A stretch of 64,000 bases of DNA, taken from contig NIVC01000364.1 in assembly GCA_002269645.1 (NCBI GenBank), positions 186,001 to 250,000 on the forward strand, read 5' to 3'. Every line of letters starts with the position of its first letter. The first letter of the stretch is position 1. Below, in pieces: positions 36,801 to 51,296 of the stretch. The DNA is from Macrostomum lignano (taxonomy: Eukaryota). A model generated the notes under the pieces. That model worked only from the letters and a program-made list of their open reading frames with translations. It was not told the DNA's origin and searched no databases. Both the position numbers and the translations under genes were made by a program.

Positions 36801-38397
36801 CTCCGTTCTATGCCCTCCTTTCCTCCGCCTCTTTCTTTTGCCCCTTCCTTCCGTTGATGAACAGTTATTTTAAAATATTCCCATCTTGACTGGCCAATTT
36901 AAAATTTGCAGCATACGAAATCCTCATTGACTGTTCCCTAATGTTTTAATCTTTAGTAGCAACGCGCGCATGCACTACTATTATCCACAAACCCGTGTCT
37001 CTGTTTTTGATATTTTAAATCATTTGTTCTGCACACACCGCACTGGAACTCTGCAATCTCTATGCTGTTTTAGAGGTATTGTCTCGGAGTAATAATTGCC
37101 CTTCTCTTACCTTGACAATTTCACTGTTAATCGGGTGAAATAATTGGCAACCCAGCGTTTCGAATGAATCTGTACAGTCAACACACAGCCTATAGAAGTT
37201 GTGCGCCAGTGCGCCAATATTGAACGCTGCTAGATATTTGTTGTGTATGCAAATTTGTGTTTAATCTCTATTTTTCCTAGCTTGTTTTGTCTGTTTTTTG
37301 TTTTCAAATCCTATGCCAGAGTTCGTATTTGACAAGGCAATATTAAATATTCCTAATTTCTATTGTGCTCCTACATTCAAATATAGCATAAGCTTCATTT
37401 ATTCTTAATAAATTCTGATTTGATTATGAAAAAAGTTCTGGTGATCTGATTAATTAATATTCATTTGCTAACGTGTTTATAAATTTCGGCCGTTTTTTAT
37501 TCTAGTTTTGTAAAAAAAACCTTAAAAATCAATTTATGCTACTCACTTCGAGACGTCAGTAGTAAGAAATAAAATTTATTTTTTTAAACTATACAGTGAA
37601 ACTGGAAACTACGTATTGTCATATTGTGCAATCGTATGCATTCTATAAGTTAGATCTTTTTACAGCAAATTCAAAAAATATATTAACACTACAGAGTACA
37701 TTGTGTCATTTATTAGCAATGGTGTTACTGTTTGTGCGGCTGGTAAGAACTGAAGTTGAAAAATTTTAATAGTAAGGGACTTAGGGCGTGAGGAATTAAG
37801 TGTAAGCGTTTAAACAAAAAATCCTTTCTTGCGAATTGTGTAGACAATGAGATTATGAATCAATCTGTTTCATAATTGCACATCCGCGTTTTAAGAGTAT
37901 TGTTTAACTCAAAGACTTCTCTAGTAGAGTCAAGGGAAGCTAAGTTTCAAGGGAATCAGCAAAGGAAGGCAGATTTGACCAAAAAAATACATTATGGAGA
38001 TAGAAGTGTCAATTTTTTCTAAACCAATTTTTTTTGCTTTTGATAGGAGGCAGGCCAAAGTTTATCTTTTGATATATGTATTTTCCCATCCTACTTAAGT
38101 AGTCCTTGGTTTAACTTTGTCCAGTTTTGGCGCGAATTTAAATTAGATTCAATAATTAACTTCAAGGTCCAGGTTCCCACTTGCTAGTACAAGCGGACAA
38201 TGTGTTATCATTTTTATTAACCCCAAGACTACGGATTACGGATGGCCTGCTCTGCATCATGTCATCATGGACTACTATAGTACGAGGTAGAAGGCCCGCG
38301 CTACACTCGGGTTTTCTTAGAAAGAGCTTGTCGTATCGCCCGTGCATTTAATGTGCTCTCAGGAAATCGGATTTTCCTCGACCGAATTCGTCTATGG

Positions 38398-38440
38398 CCG
38401 GGGTCGGCAAATTTTTTTACCTCAAGGGCCAGATAGAGAA
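38398..38440 (+). mobile_element. hAT (Charlie-like) terminus relic
   Basis: CCGGGGTCGGCAAATTTTTTTACCTCAAGGGCCAGATAG. It shares GGGCCAGATAG with the reverse complement of the 32303 relic. Confidence 0.4.
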
Positions 38441-38469
38441 CCCAGAGCATCACTGCGGCCCGGAACAGG

Positions 38470-38720
38470 TGAGAGAGCAAAGGGAATGGAGATGAGGTAA
38501 ATGATATAGGGGAAAGGAGATACGAGGGAATTCAGGAGAAGAGAGGAGACGAGACGAGAGGAGGGGAGATGAGATGAAAGGAGATGAGAGCAGAGAAGAG
38601 GAGAGGAGATAAGAAGAGAGGAGAGAAGAGGAGATAGCAGCAGCAGAGGAGAAGAGAGGTGAGGGTGAGGTGAGGGTGGAGAGGAGAGGAGAGGGGAGAT
38701 TAGAGAGAACAGCGCTGAGA
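38470..38720. repeat. GA-rich low-complexity tract
   Basis: GAGAG/GAGGA repeats. Confidence 0.8.
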
Positions 38721-38980
38721 AGAGATGTTAACGTTTAGCGGATCGGATTGCTTTTGCGAAGTTTCAAAGGACTCGAGGGTCGGATAGAGAGGCATGACCC
38801 CTGGTCCATGGCAAAACCCTGTTCAGCGCTATACGTTCTGGACCTCCTTACCGGCCTCCCACTCATTTCTAAGAAAACCAAGCGTATCGCATTTCTTACT
38901 TCAGTTTTGAATGCTTGCCATTTGTAATTTTAGTCTACTACTTCAGTCGCTGATAATCAGTCAATCGTCGACATTCGAAT

Positions 38981-40620
38981 TCAACCAAGCAGCTCTGGCT
39001 TGACGGTACCAGCTATGTCGCTGGTTGAACCGCCGGCTACAGCAGCCGATGCGGCCGCAGCCGCCGCCACGATGTCCCGCGGCCAGCGAAGCCCCGGATG
39101 CGACTGCTGCTGCTGCTGTTGCTGCTGTTGCGGCTGCTGCTGCTGCTGCGACATCTGCTGCGACTGCGCTGACTGCTGGGCCGCCGCTGAGTATGAGCGA
39201 TGATGATAAGTCGGAGCTGCCGCGGCCGAAGCTGGCATTGGCTGAGCAATGCCGCCGTACTGCTGGTTGTACCAGTGCGCCATCGTGGTGTACGCGGCCG
39301 CCTGCTGCTGGCTGCTGTGCGCGGCGAGCAGCCAGTCGGTGTAGGCGGCGGCCGACTGCTGCTGGTGGTAGCGGGCTAGATCGCCCTCCAGGCCGCTGGC
39401 CATCTGCAGATTCTGCAACAGGCCGGCGAAGTCGAATCTGTAAGCGTAGCGCTTGCCGTGCACTTTAGTGAGGATGTTCTTGTCGTAATAGTAGCGCAGC
39501 GCCCTGCTCAGCTTGTCGTAGTTCATGTTGGGCTTGGACTTCCTGGCGCCCCATTTGCGGGCCACCTCCTCGGGGTCGACGATTTTGAACTCGCCGTTGG
39601 GGCTCTCCCAGGCGATGATCTTGCTCTGGCCGCTGTCGGACAGCAGCTCAAGGAGGAATTGCCACAGTTGCACCTGCCCCGAGCCTGCGGATGCAAGTAG
39701 GATTATGAAACTGAGCCATGACAACTAATACAGAAGGTTGCTACACTCGCAACTTGGTTCAAATTGCTGAGCGTCAGACAACGTCACAGGGTGCGTTTCA
39801 GGGCCTGCTGGTGCGAACGTAGGCCGCACCACCGGCAGAGTCCGGGGCGCCAGCATCAGCCAGCAAGAAGTCGACGAAACACCGAGTGCGCGCCTGCTCC
39901 GGCTGCGGGCAGTTGCGACTTGGCTCGGATGATGTGGCCTGGCAGCTGGAGTCTCCGCCGAGGCCCTGACGGGCAGGTGACGAAGCTTCCGCGCTGTCAG
40001 CAGTTCGTCTACCTCGGCGGTCTGGGGCCTGACGTTCTCGAGGATCTGCGACATCGCCGAGGACTTGCCTGGGCTGCCTTTCGCTCCTTGACGGCTGTCC
40101 TGCAGTCTGAGGCCCTGTCTGACCGCCAGAGGGCGGCGTTGTTTCAGGCGGTGATCGAGACCGTCCTGTTGTACAACGCCGAGACCTGGACTCTTGGGAG
40201 CCTCGCTCGAACAGCAGGTCGATGCGACACACGCTGGCCTGCTGCGCGCCGCCTTCAAGATCGGCTATGAGCGAGTCACCAATGCGGCGCTCTATCGCCG
40301 CAGTGGCCTGTCCCGTCCCAGCAAAATTTCGCCTTCCGAACTTCCGAAATTCCAAATCGAGCAATTTCATGCACTTTCAAACATGAACTTGATACTATCG
40401 ACTGGATAGACTTTCTAAAGCCCTCACTTTTATATTTTAGTCCGGAATTAATTTTTTCTTTGAATAAAGTTTACTTCTTTCTTAAAAAACTAAAGGTCCG
40501 GAACAGGTCTTCAATTATGAATTGAACTTCAAGGAAATTCCTTCTACAGATAGGCAAAAGTCTCACCTGCAGTAGCCAGCTTCTTAGCCAACGGTCCCAG
40601 AATGTGGTAGGGATCAACCA
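38981..40620 (-). CDS. ERG/FLI1/FEV-class ETS transcription factor, 3' part (ETS unit B; ERG/FLI-like DPY microexon + ETS exon), 5' end unresolved
   Basis: Microexon 40620-40567 (cag|TG GTT GAT CCC TAC..GCA G|gtgaga = [17 protein letters not shown]), matching ERG DPYQILGPTSSRLANP. It splices in phase 1 to exon 39684-38981, [53 protein letters not shown], followed by a Gln/Ala-rich tail. Confidence 0.9.
39900..40322 (+). mobile_element. Non-LTR retrotransposon (RTE-like) RT C-terminal fragment, frameshifted
   Basis: [39 protein letters not shown], a frameshift near 40195, then [22 protein letters not shown]. No YADD motif. Antisense within the ETS-B intron. Confidence 0.8.
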
Positions 40621-41410
40621 CTGAAATTGAAACAGAAGTTCAAGAAACAGAAGAAGCCTTAAAATGCACTGGGCGTGTGTCTGTCTATGCATTACAACCG
40701 GAAACGGGTCTCACTGTGCGTGTCGCGCCAATAATAGTTGAACTCCATGCCGAGCTTGCGGTAAATTCCTTTTGTCCTGAGCCGAAGCACAACGAGATAG
40801 GAAAGTTGAGCTGTGGAGCCTTGATGATCTCTTTGAGAAGGGAGAGGATGAGGCGTTAAAGAAGTAGGAAGGAGTCTGGGGTGGCTGCTGCCGCTGGGGG
40901 GAAGGAAGCTCGGCCGGCAGGCCTTGAGTAGCGCCATTTTATACAGGTAGTGAGGCATTTGATGTGATTTGCGCCGAAAATTTACATGCCGACACAGTTG
41001 AGTTGGCATTGAAATTCGCCTCTCGTATCTGCCCAGCCCCCCGCCCCGGCCCCAGCCTGTTTATGTAAATCGCATTAGAGACACCCCGCAATTAACGGCC
41101 AGGCTGTCGGGTCAACAAGATTTCCCTAACCTGGCTTGGCCCGCCAAGCGGCATAATTCAATACCCAGAGCGCGCAGTCGGGTGTTGATTAGGCCCCCGC
41201 CCGCGAGGCTGGCTGCGGCGGGCAGAATCTGGGAGCCGCCAGCTTGATTTCTGAGCCCATTGATGCGGCTAATGATCGCGTCATTGTGGCTCGAGTCCCG
41301 CCTGTCCTAACCGAATCACCGGCTCAGGGGCCGGGGCTCGGTGCGGAGACTGCGCAGTGATGATGAGCGGAGTTGAGCAGGGGGTGCTGGCGCCGCTCAC
41401 TCTGGCATAC

Positions 41411-41476
41411 CAAGTAGGAAGTTCTGGGAAATATGCAGGGAAACCCGTGCCTTCCTCTCCTGCTGGCTTCCCCAGC
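41411..41476 (-). CDS. Candidate upstream phase-1/phase-1 exon of ETS unit B
   Basis: Pyrimidine-rich acceptor ..ccagtttctgcag|GC TGG GGA AGC CAG CAG.. and donor G|gtatgc. 66 nt, open frame (GWGSQQERKARVSLHISQNFLL). The GWG motif echoes exon 2 of the FEV-like unit. No strong homology. Confidence 0.35.
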
Positions 41477-41579
41477 CTGCAGAAACTGGAGCTGGAAAAC
41501 TTGGAGCCCGAGACAGCTTTTTCTGCCATTTTGTGTCAGAAATAAACCATAGAATACAGCTAGGCGTTGGCATGCTCCC

Positions 41580-42470
41580 GTTGGCGCCTAACTATAAGTG
41601 CCTTTCCTCAGTTGGCGCCAAACGCCGAGTGTACTTATTCAGTTGGCGCCAAACAACGCTCGTATAAGTGTCCATCCTCAGTTGTCGCCAAATTATAAGT
41701 GTCCATCCTCAGTTGGCGCCAAATTATAAGTGTCCATCCTCCGATGGCGCCAAATTATAAGTGTCCATCCTCCGTTGTCGCCAAACTATAAGTGTCCATC
41801 CTCCGATGGCGCCAAATTATAAGTGTCCATCCTCAGTTGTCGCCAAATTATAAGTGTCCACCCTCAGTTGGCGCCAAATTATAAGTGTCCATCCTCCGAT
41901 GGCGCCAAATTATAAGTGTCCATCCTCAGTTGTCGCCAAATTATAAGTGTCCACCCTCAGTTGGCGCCAAATTATAAGTGTCCATCCTCCGATGGCGCCA
42001 AATTATAAGTGTCCATCCTCAGTTGTCGCCAAATTATAAGTGTCCATCCTCCGTTGTCGCCAAATTATAAGTGTCCATCCTCAGATGGCGCCAAATTATA
42101 AGTGTCCATCCTCAGTTGGCGCCAAATTATGTGTCCATCCTCAGTTGGCGCCAAATTATAAGTGTCCATCCTCCGATGGCGGTCAAACTATAAGTGTCCT
42201 TCCTCCGTTGTCGCCAAACTATAAGTGTCCTTCCTCAGATGGCGCCAAACTATAAGAGTGTCCTTCCTCTATTAGCACACCAAACTATAAGTGTCCTTAC
42301 TCCATTAGCGCTAACCTATAAGAGTTTTTCCTCCATTAGCGCCAAACTATAAGAGTTTTTCCTCCATTAGCGCCAAACTATAGGTGTCTTTCCTCAGTTG
42401 GTGCCGACCTATAAGAGTCCTTCCTCCATCAGCGCCAAACTGTAGGTGTCTTTCCTCCGTTGACGCCAAA
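41580..42470. repeat. 31-bp minisatellite (CCTCAGTTGGCGCCAAATTATAAGTGTCCAT)n
   Basis: Period of 31 (GTCCATCCTC at 41701 and 41732). Confidence 0.93.
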
Positions 42471-44627
42471 CGTGTTGCGTAGCGCCAAGCTTCATCAAGA
42501 TGTCAGTGGGCGCTAAACGGGTTGTCAGGAGTGTGCTAAACTGGATTTCAGTCGTGTTCTGAATCGTCAGATGCGTCTTTTTGGTTTTTTTAAATAAAAT
42601 TTTCTGTCCATTTTCGCATTCGATACTACTCTAGCACTCATTTCGAAGTAGTCGTGCGAGGATTTTAACTTTATTTTTTGTTTTCTCCGTAGCTGAGAAG
42701 GATTAAAAGAAGTTCGGCATGCATTCAGTTGCCTACTGAGCTGTATTTTAGATCTGAATTAAGTAGTCTGTGGATTTGTCGTTAGACCTCCAAAAAAGCA
42801 GCAAAACGGTAGCTATAGAAGCAGAGCAGAGAGGAGGCCATAGTGGCAAGTGATTGATGAAAGAGAGGGCTGGTGCGTGACCCCCTGTCCCTTTTCTTAT
42901 TTGCTGCTGCCCCCCCTCACTCACTCACTCACTCTCGCTCTGTCTCTGTCCCATGGCGAGCGGGCGGGTCACGCTACATTTTCATGCGACCGTCACGGTG
43001 AATTAATGTCAACCAAAACTGCCGCATGCCGCCGGCCGTGTCAGCCATTGGGAGGCCAATGCTCCCCGGTCCCTCAGGCTGCAGCAGCGCACGGCCGAGC
43101 TGACAGAGCCAACAGACTCCTCTGATGAAGCTTGCATTGTGAGCTCTGACTATCACTGAGTCACGAACTTATGTTGGCCTGGCTTCTGCCCGGCTGACAC
43201 CTCATGGTGAGAATAAGGACGGCCTATCTATTGTTCGCCAAGTTATTCAGAGACTATCTGCCGGCCGTATGGAGATCTATATTTTAGTTTTGAGTTTAGA
43301 GCAGCCCCCCCCCCAGCAGAGCCCAGTGCGCATCAATCACAGCCGCCATCCAGCCCGAGTCGAATGGCGATTTCAACACATTTTTTGCGCGGACTGGGCC
43401 CACATTAGCTGGGGATTGAGAAATAAAAGAGAGACAGACAGCCAGATTGGGGGTTCGGATCTGGGCCTGCGGGAAGGGAAACTATGGCGGTGGCTGATTG
43501 ACTGGTGCCGCCGGCGCAGCGGCCTCCCAGGCTCACCCTAAGCTCGACATCGTCGGTGAATGAGGGTCGATGAGGCTGGGGGCTCGGGAGGCTAGGGGCG
43601 CACGGAATGACATTTTTGTGGGGCACTCTCTCCCCAGAGTGAGTTTTTGCATTGATTGAATCGCTGGGCTAGCTTTTATATAATATTATAATACTGTGTG
43701 CGCGGCCGGCCAATTTCGATCACCTGGCCGCCAAGCCTCTAATGGACACTTGACTGGATTATGGCCGCTGCCTGTCCCGCTCCCCCCACAGCTTTTATAA
43801 GTTTATATTGGGAGTCTGCTGCTGGCTTTGCTTTTGCTATAAGCCTTATATATCTATATATATATAGATCTGCTCCTGTGAGCAATATTTCACCAATATG
43901 CTGAGGGACGGGAATGGCTTCGGGCAGGGATTTCAGATGCCGGCACCCTAACCTGCCCCCCCCCTCCCACCTCGACCTCCGCGGTGGAGAGACCAGCAGT
44001 TACCGGCAGTTAGGGGACGAGATTGAGAGCCCGGGCTAAAGCAGCCGCTCCCCATCAAGTCCGAACGATAAAATATATACATGGTTGCGGCAGCAGAGAG
44101 CTGAGTGCCGGGCAACCGTTCATTGTCAAATCCTGCCGCTTCTAGCACACTTGTCCAGCTCTCAGCGTCATCTTCTGCATTCTTTCCAGCTTAGAGGGGA
44201 GGCCCAGGACTTTGCTCAATTCTCCCATCATCCCCTCTTCCCCGGTCACTCCACGGCTTCAGAGATCGGAGGGGAGGCTGCGACACACCGGATGGGGAAG
44301 CCGCCGATCGCAGGAAGTTCCCAAAATCTGCCGCATCCTGCGGTATTTCCTACTTCCGCTTGGGCAACAGCCGCAGCAGGGCGGCTCAGGCTGTCAAGGT
44401 GCTCATCCTGCTCAAATTAGGAGGGCGGATCATTCGTGCTGAACAGTTTTTTTACCTGGGCTGTGTGGATTGTGTGAAAGCATGTCACCGGGGCGCTTCA
44501 TCATTTACTGCGATCAGTTTGCTTCAAGCTCAAGCCGCAAGAAATTGATGCTGATATGGGCTTCCGACCCTGTCGGAATGGCGTTGAGTTGAAACACAAT
44601 GAGTGTCAGGAATGAGACAGATTCACC

Positions 44628-45365
<738 letters not shown>

Positions 45366-48300
45366 CACACACAGGTTACACTACATACCTTATTGCTCGA
45401 AAATTTACCCAAAAGTGTTGACACCCACCCCGGGGTCCCAACAATGGGTACTGACAATGAACTGCAGCGGAAGTTTGCATGCTATTCCGTTGTGTTAAAG
45501 TTTTTTTCTATACTAAAGAAATTTCTGCAACTGCGGAAGTTTCATTGTGTGTCAGTTTCAAACGGAGGAGCTGTGGATGCAGTGGGAAGACCAGAAAAAG
45601 CTCAGCTTCCGCGAGGATCAGTGGAGAAGGGCTAGGCTCATTGGGATTATGCTACAGTTTTTCCTTGAATTCTCGGGGTCGCTTCTTTCAACCGGCGCAG
45701 CAATAAAATGCGATCAATGCTGTCTGGCTGTCAGCAGCCCAGGTACGCATTCAATGGCTTGTACGTGTGCTGGAAATTAATTTTTTTGCACAGACACTCA
45801 GAGCTAGACCAGCTCAGCTCTCAGTCAACTGAAGCGGGGGGAAGATGCCCCACCTCCAGTGCTGATGACCCTCGCACCTCTCATCCCCTCTCAGCCTCTC
45901 CCGCCACCTCTTGAGTCCCATTAGGGTTTGAAGGAGGCCACTTCTGAAAGTCACTCGGAGGTGTGGGTCGAGCAGGCTCCAACTAACCGGTATAGGCATA
46001 CTTTTGAGCAGCAGATAAAAGGTTGGCCGGGTTTGATGGTGAACGGGACAGTCGGACATTGCCTACTCTGTATATACTGCTCACAGACTGGGGCAGCGGT
46101 TTTAGAGAAGTTTTTCAATTGCCGAGTTCTCGGAGAGTAGTGGACCGCCGGACCCACTCCAGCTCGGCGGGCACGTGTCAGTGTGACGCCTCCCCCCTGC
46201 GACTGTTTCTAAAATCCACCAATTCACCCCTCTCCCGGAATCCAGCATCCTTATACTGCGTCATCATTTTGAGTCTCGTTGAGGAGAACTATTCTCCGTT
46301 TACCCCCTGAGGCGATTTCCCCTAATTCTTGCCTCATCATCGATAATATCCTTCATCTCGGGCGTCGGGCATGCGGAAAATTCGATTAAACTTGGACAAC
46401 TCCAAGCTCGCGCCCCTATTATCCATCTGTGATCAAGGCGTACAGGTGTCTGAGCTCAACCATTCTGCCTTGGAGATCTCAATCCTGACAGTAACTCTCT
46501 TAGCTTTAGCGGGCCATCTGCAATTTGAGGAGCTGGGGTGGTTGGGGCGGGGTGGGTAATTCCTCCCCCCACTGCCAATTTGCTGAATTCTTTGCAAAAG
46601 AAATTTTCTCTTTCACGGATTCAGAAGCAGCTCTTGTCAAGCAAAAGAATTTGTCCGCGCAATTAGCTGCCTCGGGAGCGCCGTCTCCAGGCCTAATTAC
46701 AGCGATAAGTCACCTGGGCGGAGGGGAGGGGATTCCGAGGCTAATCAGCTTTTGAAAATTGCGCCAAAGCTCAAGGATGAAGGGTAATAAACATCCTCTT
46801 CAGGGGAAATGAGGCACCGTTTCGACTGGGCGAGTCTCTTTGTCCTCCCATCGGCTTTGATTTGCAGATTGGGACGGGGGGAAGTCCGCCAGGCGGCGGC
46901 TCCTTGAAGCCGAAGCTCTCGGTCGAGTAGCCGCGCAGCTCTCCGAGTTGTCCGCAGAAAAACAGGATGAGAAATATTTCCTGAAAACTCTCCCCCTCTC
47001 TCTCTGTGAGTTAATTAGATCTTCCTGGTGAGCTGTTCAAAGGGAACTTCCTGACCGGTATTTTTCCAGCAGACAAAGGTGGCGAGACAGGCTGCTGTTC
47101 TTAAAAATTCAGTAGAGAGAAGAAATGTTGCCCTGAGAATCAATCAAGCAGTTGCTGACGTCCAGGTTACTGCGGAGACAATTGTGCGTTCTTTTTGAAT
47201 AAATTAAAACTTCAGTTTGCGAGCCTCTTAATCCCAGGCTGGTGTCTGGCAGTCACGCGGCGGGCACTTTAGCTCAGCTGACTGAGTGAGACGCTGAGCT
47301 TTGCAGGCTGCCCCATCTGTTGCTGTTACCTGAATTCAGCCTTATAGCTGGGACGATAAACCCAATGAAAACTTGACCGGCCCCTCCTTATCTCTCCAGA
47401 ATTTCTATGCCAACTAGTGGAGGGGATTAAAACAAACACTCGACAGTCTGGCGGCCTCGGCTCGATCTGCGAGTCGTATATGGCTCTCTCAGTTTCTTTC
47501 TTAACCTTTTGCTCGATCGCTCGTTCGGCGGTCAGGCTGGCTGGCAACTGTTTTTAATAATAAAAACTGACTAGAAACCCCCCCCAGTCCTGTAGCCGGC
47601 TTCCGCCCGCTTCTCAAATGTCGTCCATTGTCCATTATTGCCTCTCGCCCCATCATTTATCTGTCCAGTTGCTGTTCCCCCCATTCCATTCCTCCGAGCC
47701 CTACTTGACCCCGAATAGCGTGTCCGGTTGCCGTGGCGATTTGCATAAATTATGCATATTCGTCGCTTTGACGTCGCGAAGGCGAGCGACGAAGAAGGGG
47801 AAATATTTTCGCTTCAACCGCCAGTCCTTGGCCTCTCATTTCCTCTGTTTCTTTCTCTCTCGCTACCCGCCACCCTCTCCGTCTCTGCCTTCTCTAATGC
47901 GCCCGCCGCCGGCAACTCGCTCGCTGATGGACAGGACCTGGTCTACAGGATTCCATGATCCCCATGCCTCGCAGACAATGGCCGAGCGAACCTACAAACA
48001 GGAAGTCGTCCAACTCTCTCCCTCCCATTGTCTGCGGCTGTGAGGCCTTGCCTGCCTGTTGTGTCATTGTTATTGTTTGAAAAAAACCTGGGTATGGTTA
48101 CCTTTCTTTTTCTACCATCACGAAGGTTTGGGTTGGGAAGGGGGTGTTTTGTGAGGAGTTTTCTCCCCACCATCCCGCCAACCCCAGGCTGAGGGATGAA
48201 GAAAAACTGTCAGCATCGGAAGCGCTTCGGCAACCCCTTCTTCATCCTGCGGTGGCTCAGAGTCTGCTTTTTGTCTTCTAAGCTGGAATGCTGAGCTGGG

Positions 48301-48730
48301 TGAGTTTTTCTCCAGCTACTGACGCCGAGGGTCAACTAGCAGCCTCTTCTACCCGTTAAACCATTCTGAGTCCTTCTTAGCCTACTCAAGCCTCGGAGCC
48401 GAGTCCACTTCATCGCCACTTGAAACAACTCAAGAGGCTGGGATGCCACGAGGCCGGTCTAAGGAAGGAAGGAAATGGGGGATACAGTGAAAAAAAACTG
48501 CAGACCGATCTGTTGCTTCTGCAGACTCTGCGGCCATTGTGCGAGTCGGATGGGTCTTCTGCCGATCAAGATGGCGGGCAGCCTGTCTGTTTTGTTGGCT
48601 GCAATTTTTTTCGATGAAAGACATGAAAGTTTTTTTAATAGTGCGAGTATCATAAGTTTGGTGCTTAGGAATATGGAAATATCAATTAATTGGTGGGAGA
48701 ATATTGTGTACAGAAAATGAAGGATTTTGA

Positions 48731-49525
48731 GGGACAGGGAGAGACGCAGAGATGCGGAGAGGCGGGGAGAGGCGGGGAGAGACGGGAAGAGACAGGGAGA
48801 GACGGGAGATACGGAGAGACTAATAGAGACGGATAGAGACGGGGAGAGACGGGGAGAGACGGGGAGAGACGGGGGAGATGGGGAGAAACGGAGAGACGGG
48901 GAGAGACGGGGAGAGATGGGGAGAAACGGAGAGACGGGGAGAGATGGGGAGAGATGGGGAGGGACGGAGAGAGACGGATAGAGACGGATAGAGACAGGGA
49001 GAGACGGGGGAGATGCGGAGAGACGGTGAGAGATGGGGAGAAACGGAGAGACGGGGAGAGACGGGGAGAGATGGGGAGAGACGGATAGAGACGGGGAGAG
49101 ACGGATAGAGACGGGGAGAGACGGAGAGACGGGGAGAGACGGATAGAGACGGGGAGAGACGGGAGAGACGGATAGAGACGGGGAGAGATGGGGAGGGACG
49201 GGGAGAGACGGGGAGAGACGGGGAGAGACGTGAGAGACGTGAGAGACGGGAGAGACGTGAGAGACGTGAGAGACGGATAGAGACGGGGAGAGACGGGAGA
49301 GACGGATAGAGACGGGGAGAGACGGGGAGAGACGGGGAGAGACGGGGAGAGACGGGGAGAGACGGGGAGAGACGGGGACAGACGGAGAGAGACGGGGAGA
49401 GACGGGGAGAGACGGGGAGAGACGGGGAGAGACGGGGACAGACGGAGAGAGACGGGGAGAGACGGGGAGAGACGGGGACAGACGGAGAGAGACGGGGAGA
49501 GACGTGGAGAGACGGGGAGAGACGG
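48731..49525. repeat. Purine-rich (GAGACGGGGA)n-type repeat
   Basis: Degenerate 10-mer tandem array. Confidence 0.92.
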
Positions 49526-50290
49526 ATAGGAGAATGCAGCAGGATAGAGATGAGACACGCTCCGAACAGCCGTGCAACAAAGACTCAAACAGGCATGAAA
49601 CGGAGACCGAGCTTCAGAGCCCAAAGCCAGTGACGCAGCCGCCGCAGCCGCCGCCACTTCTGCCGCTATCAATTTCTCGCTTAGCCCCGCTTGCCGGCTT
49701 TCGCAGCCATTGTTTCCAGCCACACTCGAAGGCTGGTTTTGAAATTGTTCGCCGAGACGCTCTCTGAAGCGCAAGGGATTCGACACGCGTGTCGTATCCG
49801 GCCGAGACCGATTAAAGAGGGGGGGGCTTGGCGGAGTGTTTCGGGGATATTATGCCTCTTCATGTTTTAAAAACGTTGCGATCCTCACTGACTGACTGAC
49901 TGATCCCATTGAATGAAGCGTATACAGGCTGGGAGCTCTTGGGATTCAAGCGAACTGAGGATAATTCGATGGGATTGGAGTGTTGTTTAGAGTAATTAGC
50001 CTGCTAGCCTGGGTGCGAGGCCTCGATCCCCCCTGAGCCCAGTTCTCGCCAGCCAAGCCCATGGCACAGCTTCGCGACACGGCAGAGTGGCATTGCCAGA
50101 CACTTGGCTGGCAACAGGTGCAGCCTCTGATGGAGATTGGGGTGAGTCTGCGCGTCTGTCTGAGCAACAGCGAGTCTCTTGTTGTTTCAATGGAGCGAGG
50201 GAGTCAAGCAGCTCAAGAACTGATGCAGAGGGGAGACAGCAGAAGTCACCTGCTTTCTCTTGACGCCACCGCGCACGGAGATCTTGAACC

Positions 50291-50606
50291 AGAATATGGA
50301 GTGACAAGTAGACTCTGAGTATATGGAGTGACAAGTAGACTGAGAGTATGGAGTGACAAGTAGACTGAGAATATATGGAGTGACAAGTAGACTGAGAATA
50401 TATGGAGTGACAAGCAGACTCAGAATATATGGAGTGACAAGCAGACTCAGAATATATGGAGTGACAAGCAGACTCAGAATATATGGAGTGACAAGCAGAC
50501 TCGGAATATGGAGTGACGAGTAGATTCGGAATATATGGAGTGACGAGTAGACTCGGAATATATGGAGTGACGAGTAGACTCGGAATATATGGAGTGACAA
50601 GCAGAC
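50291..50606. repeat. 27-bp minisatellite (ATATATGGAGTGACAAGTAGACTCAGA)n
   Basis: Tandem copies visible. Confidence 0.9.
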
Positions 50607-51237
50607 TTAGTAAACTAACAAGTCTGAATAAAAATTGAAGCGAATTTTGCCAAAAAACGAAAAGCATTGACAAATTGGCCAGTGTGTGGCGTTGCATTAG
50701 TTATTGATTTATATTGCCAATCACAAATACCGTACTGATGCTCGCGCACATTTAATTACAGCTATATATTCATTGATCAGGCAGGTAGGTTACTCCTACC
50801 AGCCCATCTGTATTTACACGAGAGTCGCAGTGGGAGACACTGGGCGAGGGTTCATTGGTTTCCACGAGACGGTCACAACAGGTCCGCAAGCTCAGGGGTG
50901 GGCAAAGCAAGCAGAAATTGAACTCCTATTGAAAAAAAACAATTAAATATGATAATTCCACGATGGTCAGTGAGGGGTCACAAAACTAAAGCACAGACAC
51001 TGGACCTTCTTGTGATTGTCGAATTTCAGAACTCCCGACCCGACTCATTCTGTATATCAGTAAGCACTGTTGGGGACAAGAAGTGTCAGCTACTGACCCA
51101 GACAGGAGCTCAAGAGACCAGGACAAGACAGATGGAAAAGGACAAAAAGCATTCACTTGACTACAGGTTAGCAAAGTACTGCACACAATTTAGTAAATAA
51201 GATAAGATAAGCAGCGAACTTTCAAGGTTGAAAACGA

Positions 51238-51243
51238 TTTATT
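51238..51243 (-). terminator. Probable poly(A) signal of the FEV-like gene
   Basis: AATAAA on the minus strand ~55 nt after the stop at 51297. Confidence 0.45.
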
Positions 51244-51296
51244 TGTCTCTCTCTGTCTGTCTGTGTGTCAATCCAATTGTGGGGCCAGCCGCTGCC

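Noticed and set aside
35207-36889. 560-aa Leu/Ser/Pro ORF
   Set aside because: Translation of (CTCCT)n, which has no stops by composition.
46810-46980. Candidate minus-strand exon (..LRGYSTESFGFKEPPPGG..) for ETS-B
   Set aside because: Open and GC-rich but without homology, with a weak donor, and not linkable with confidence.
48459-49786. 373-aa and 366-aa SPSLPVSPRL ORFs
   Set aside because: Antisense translation of the purine-rich 10-mer array.
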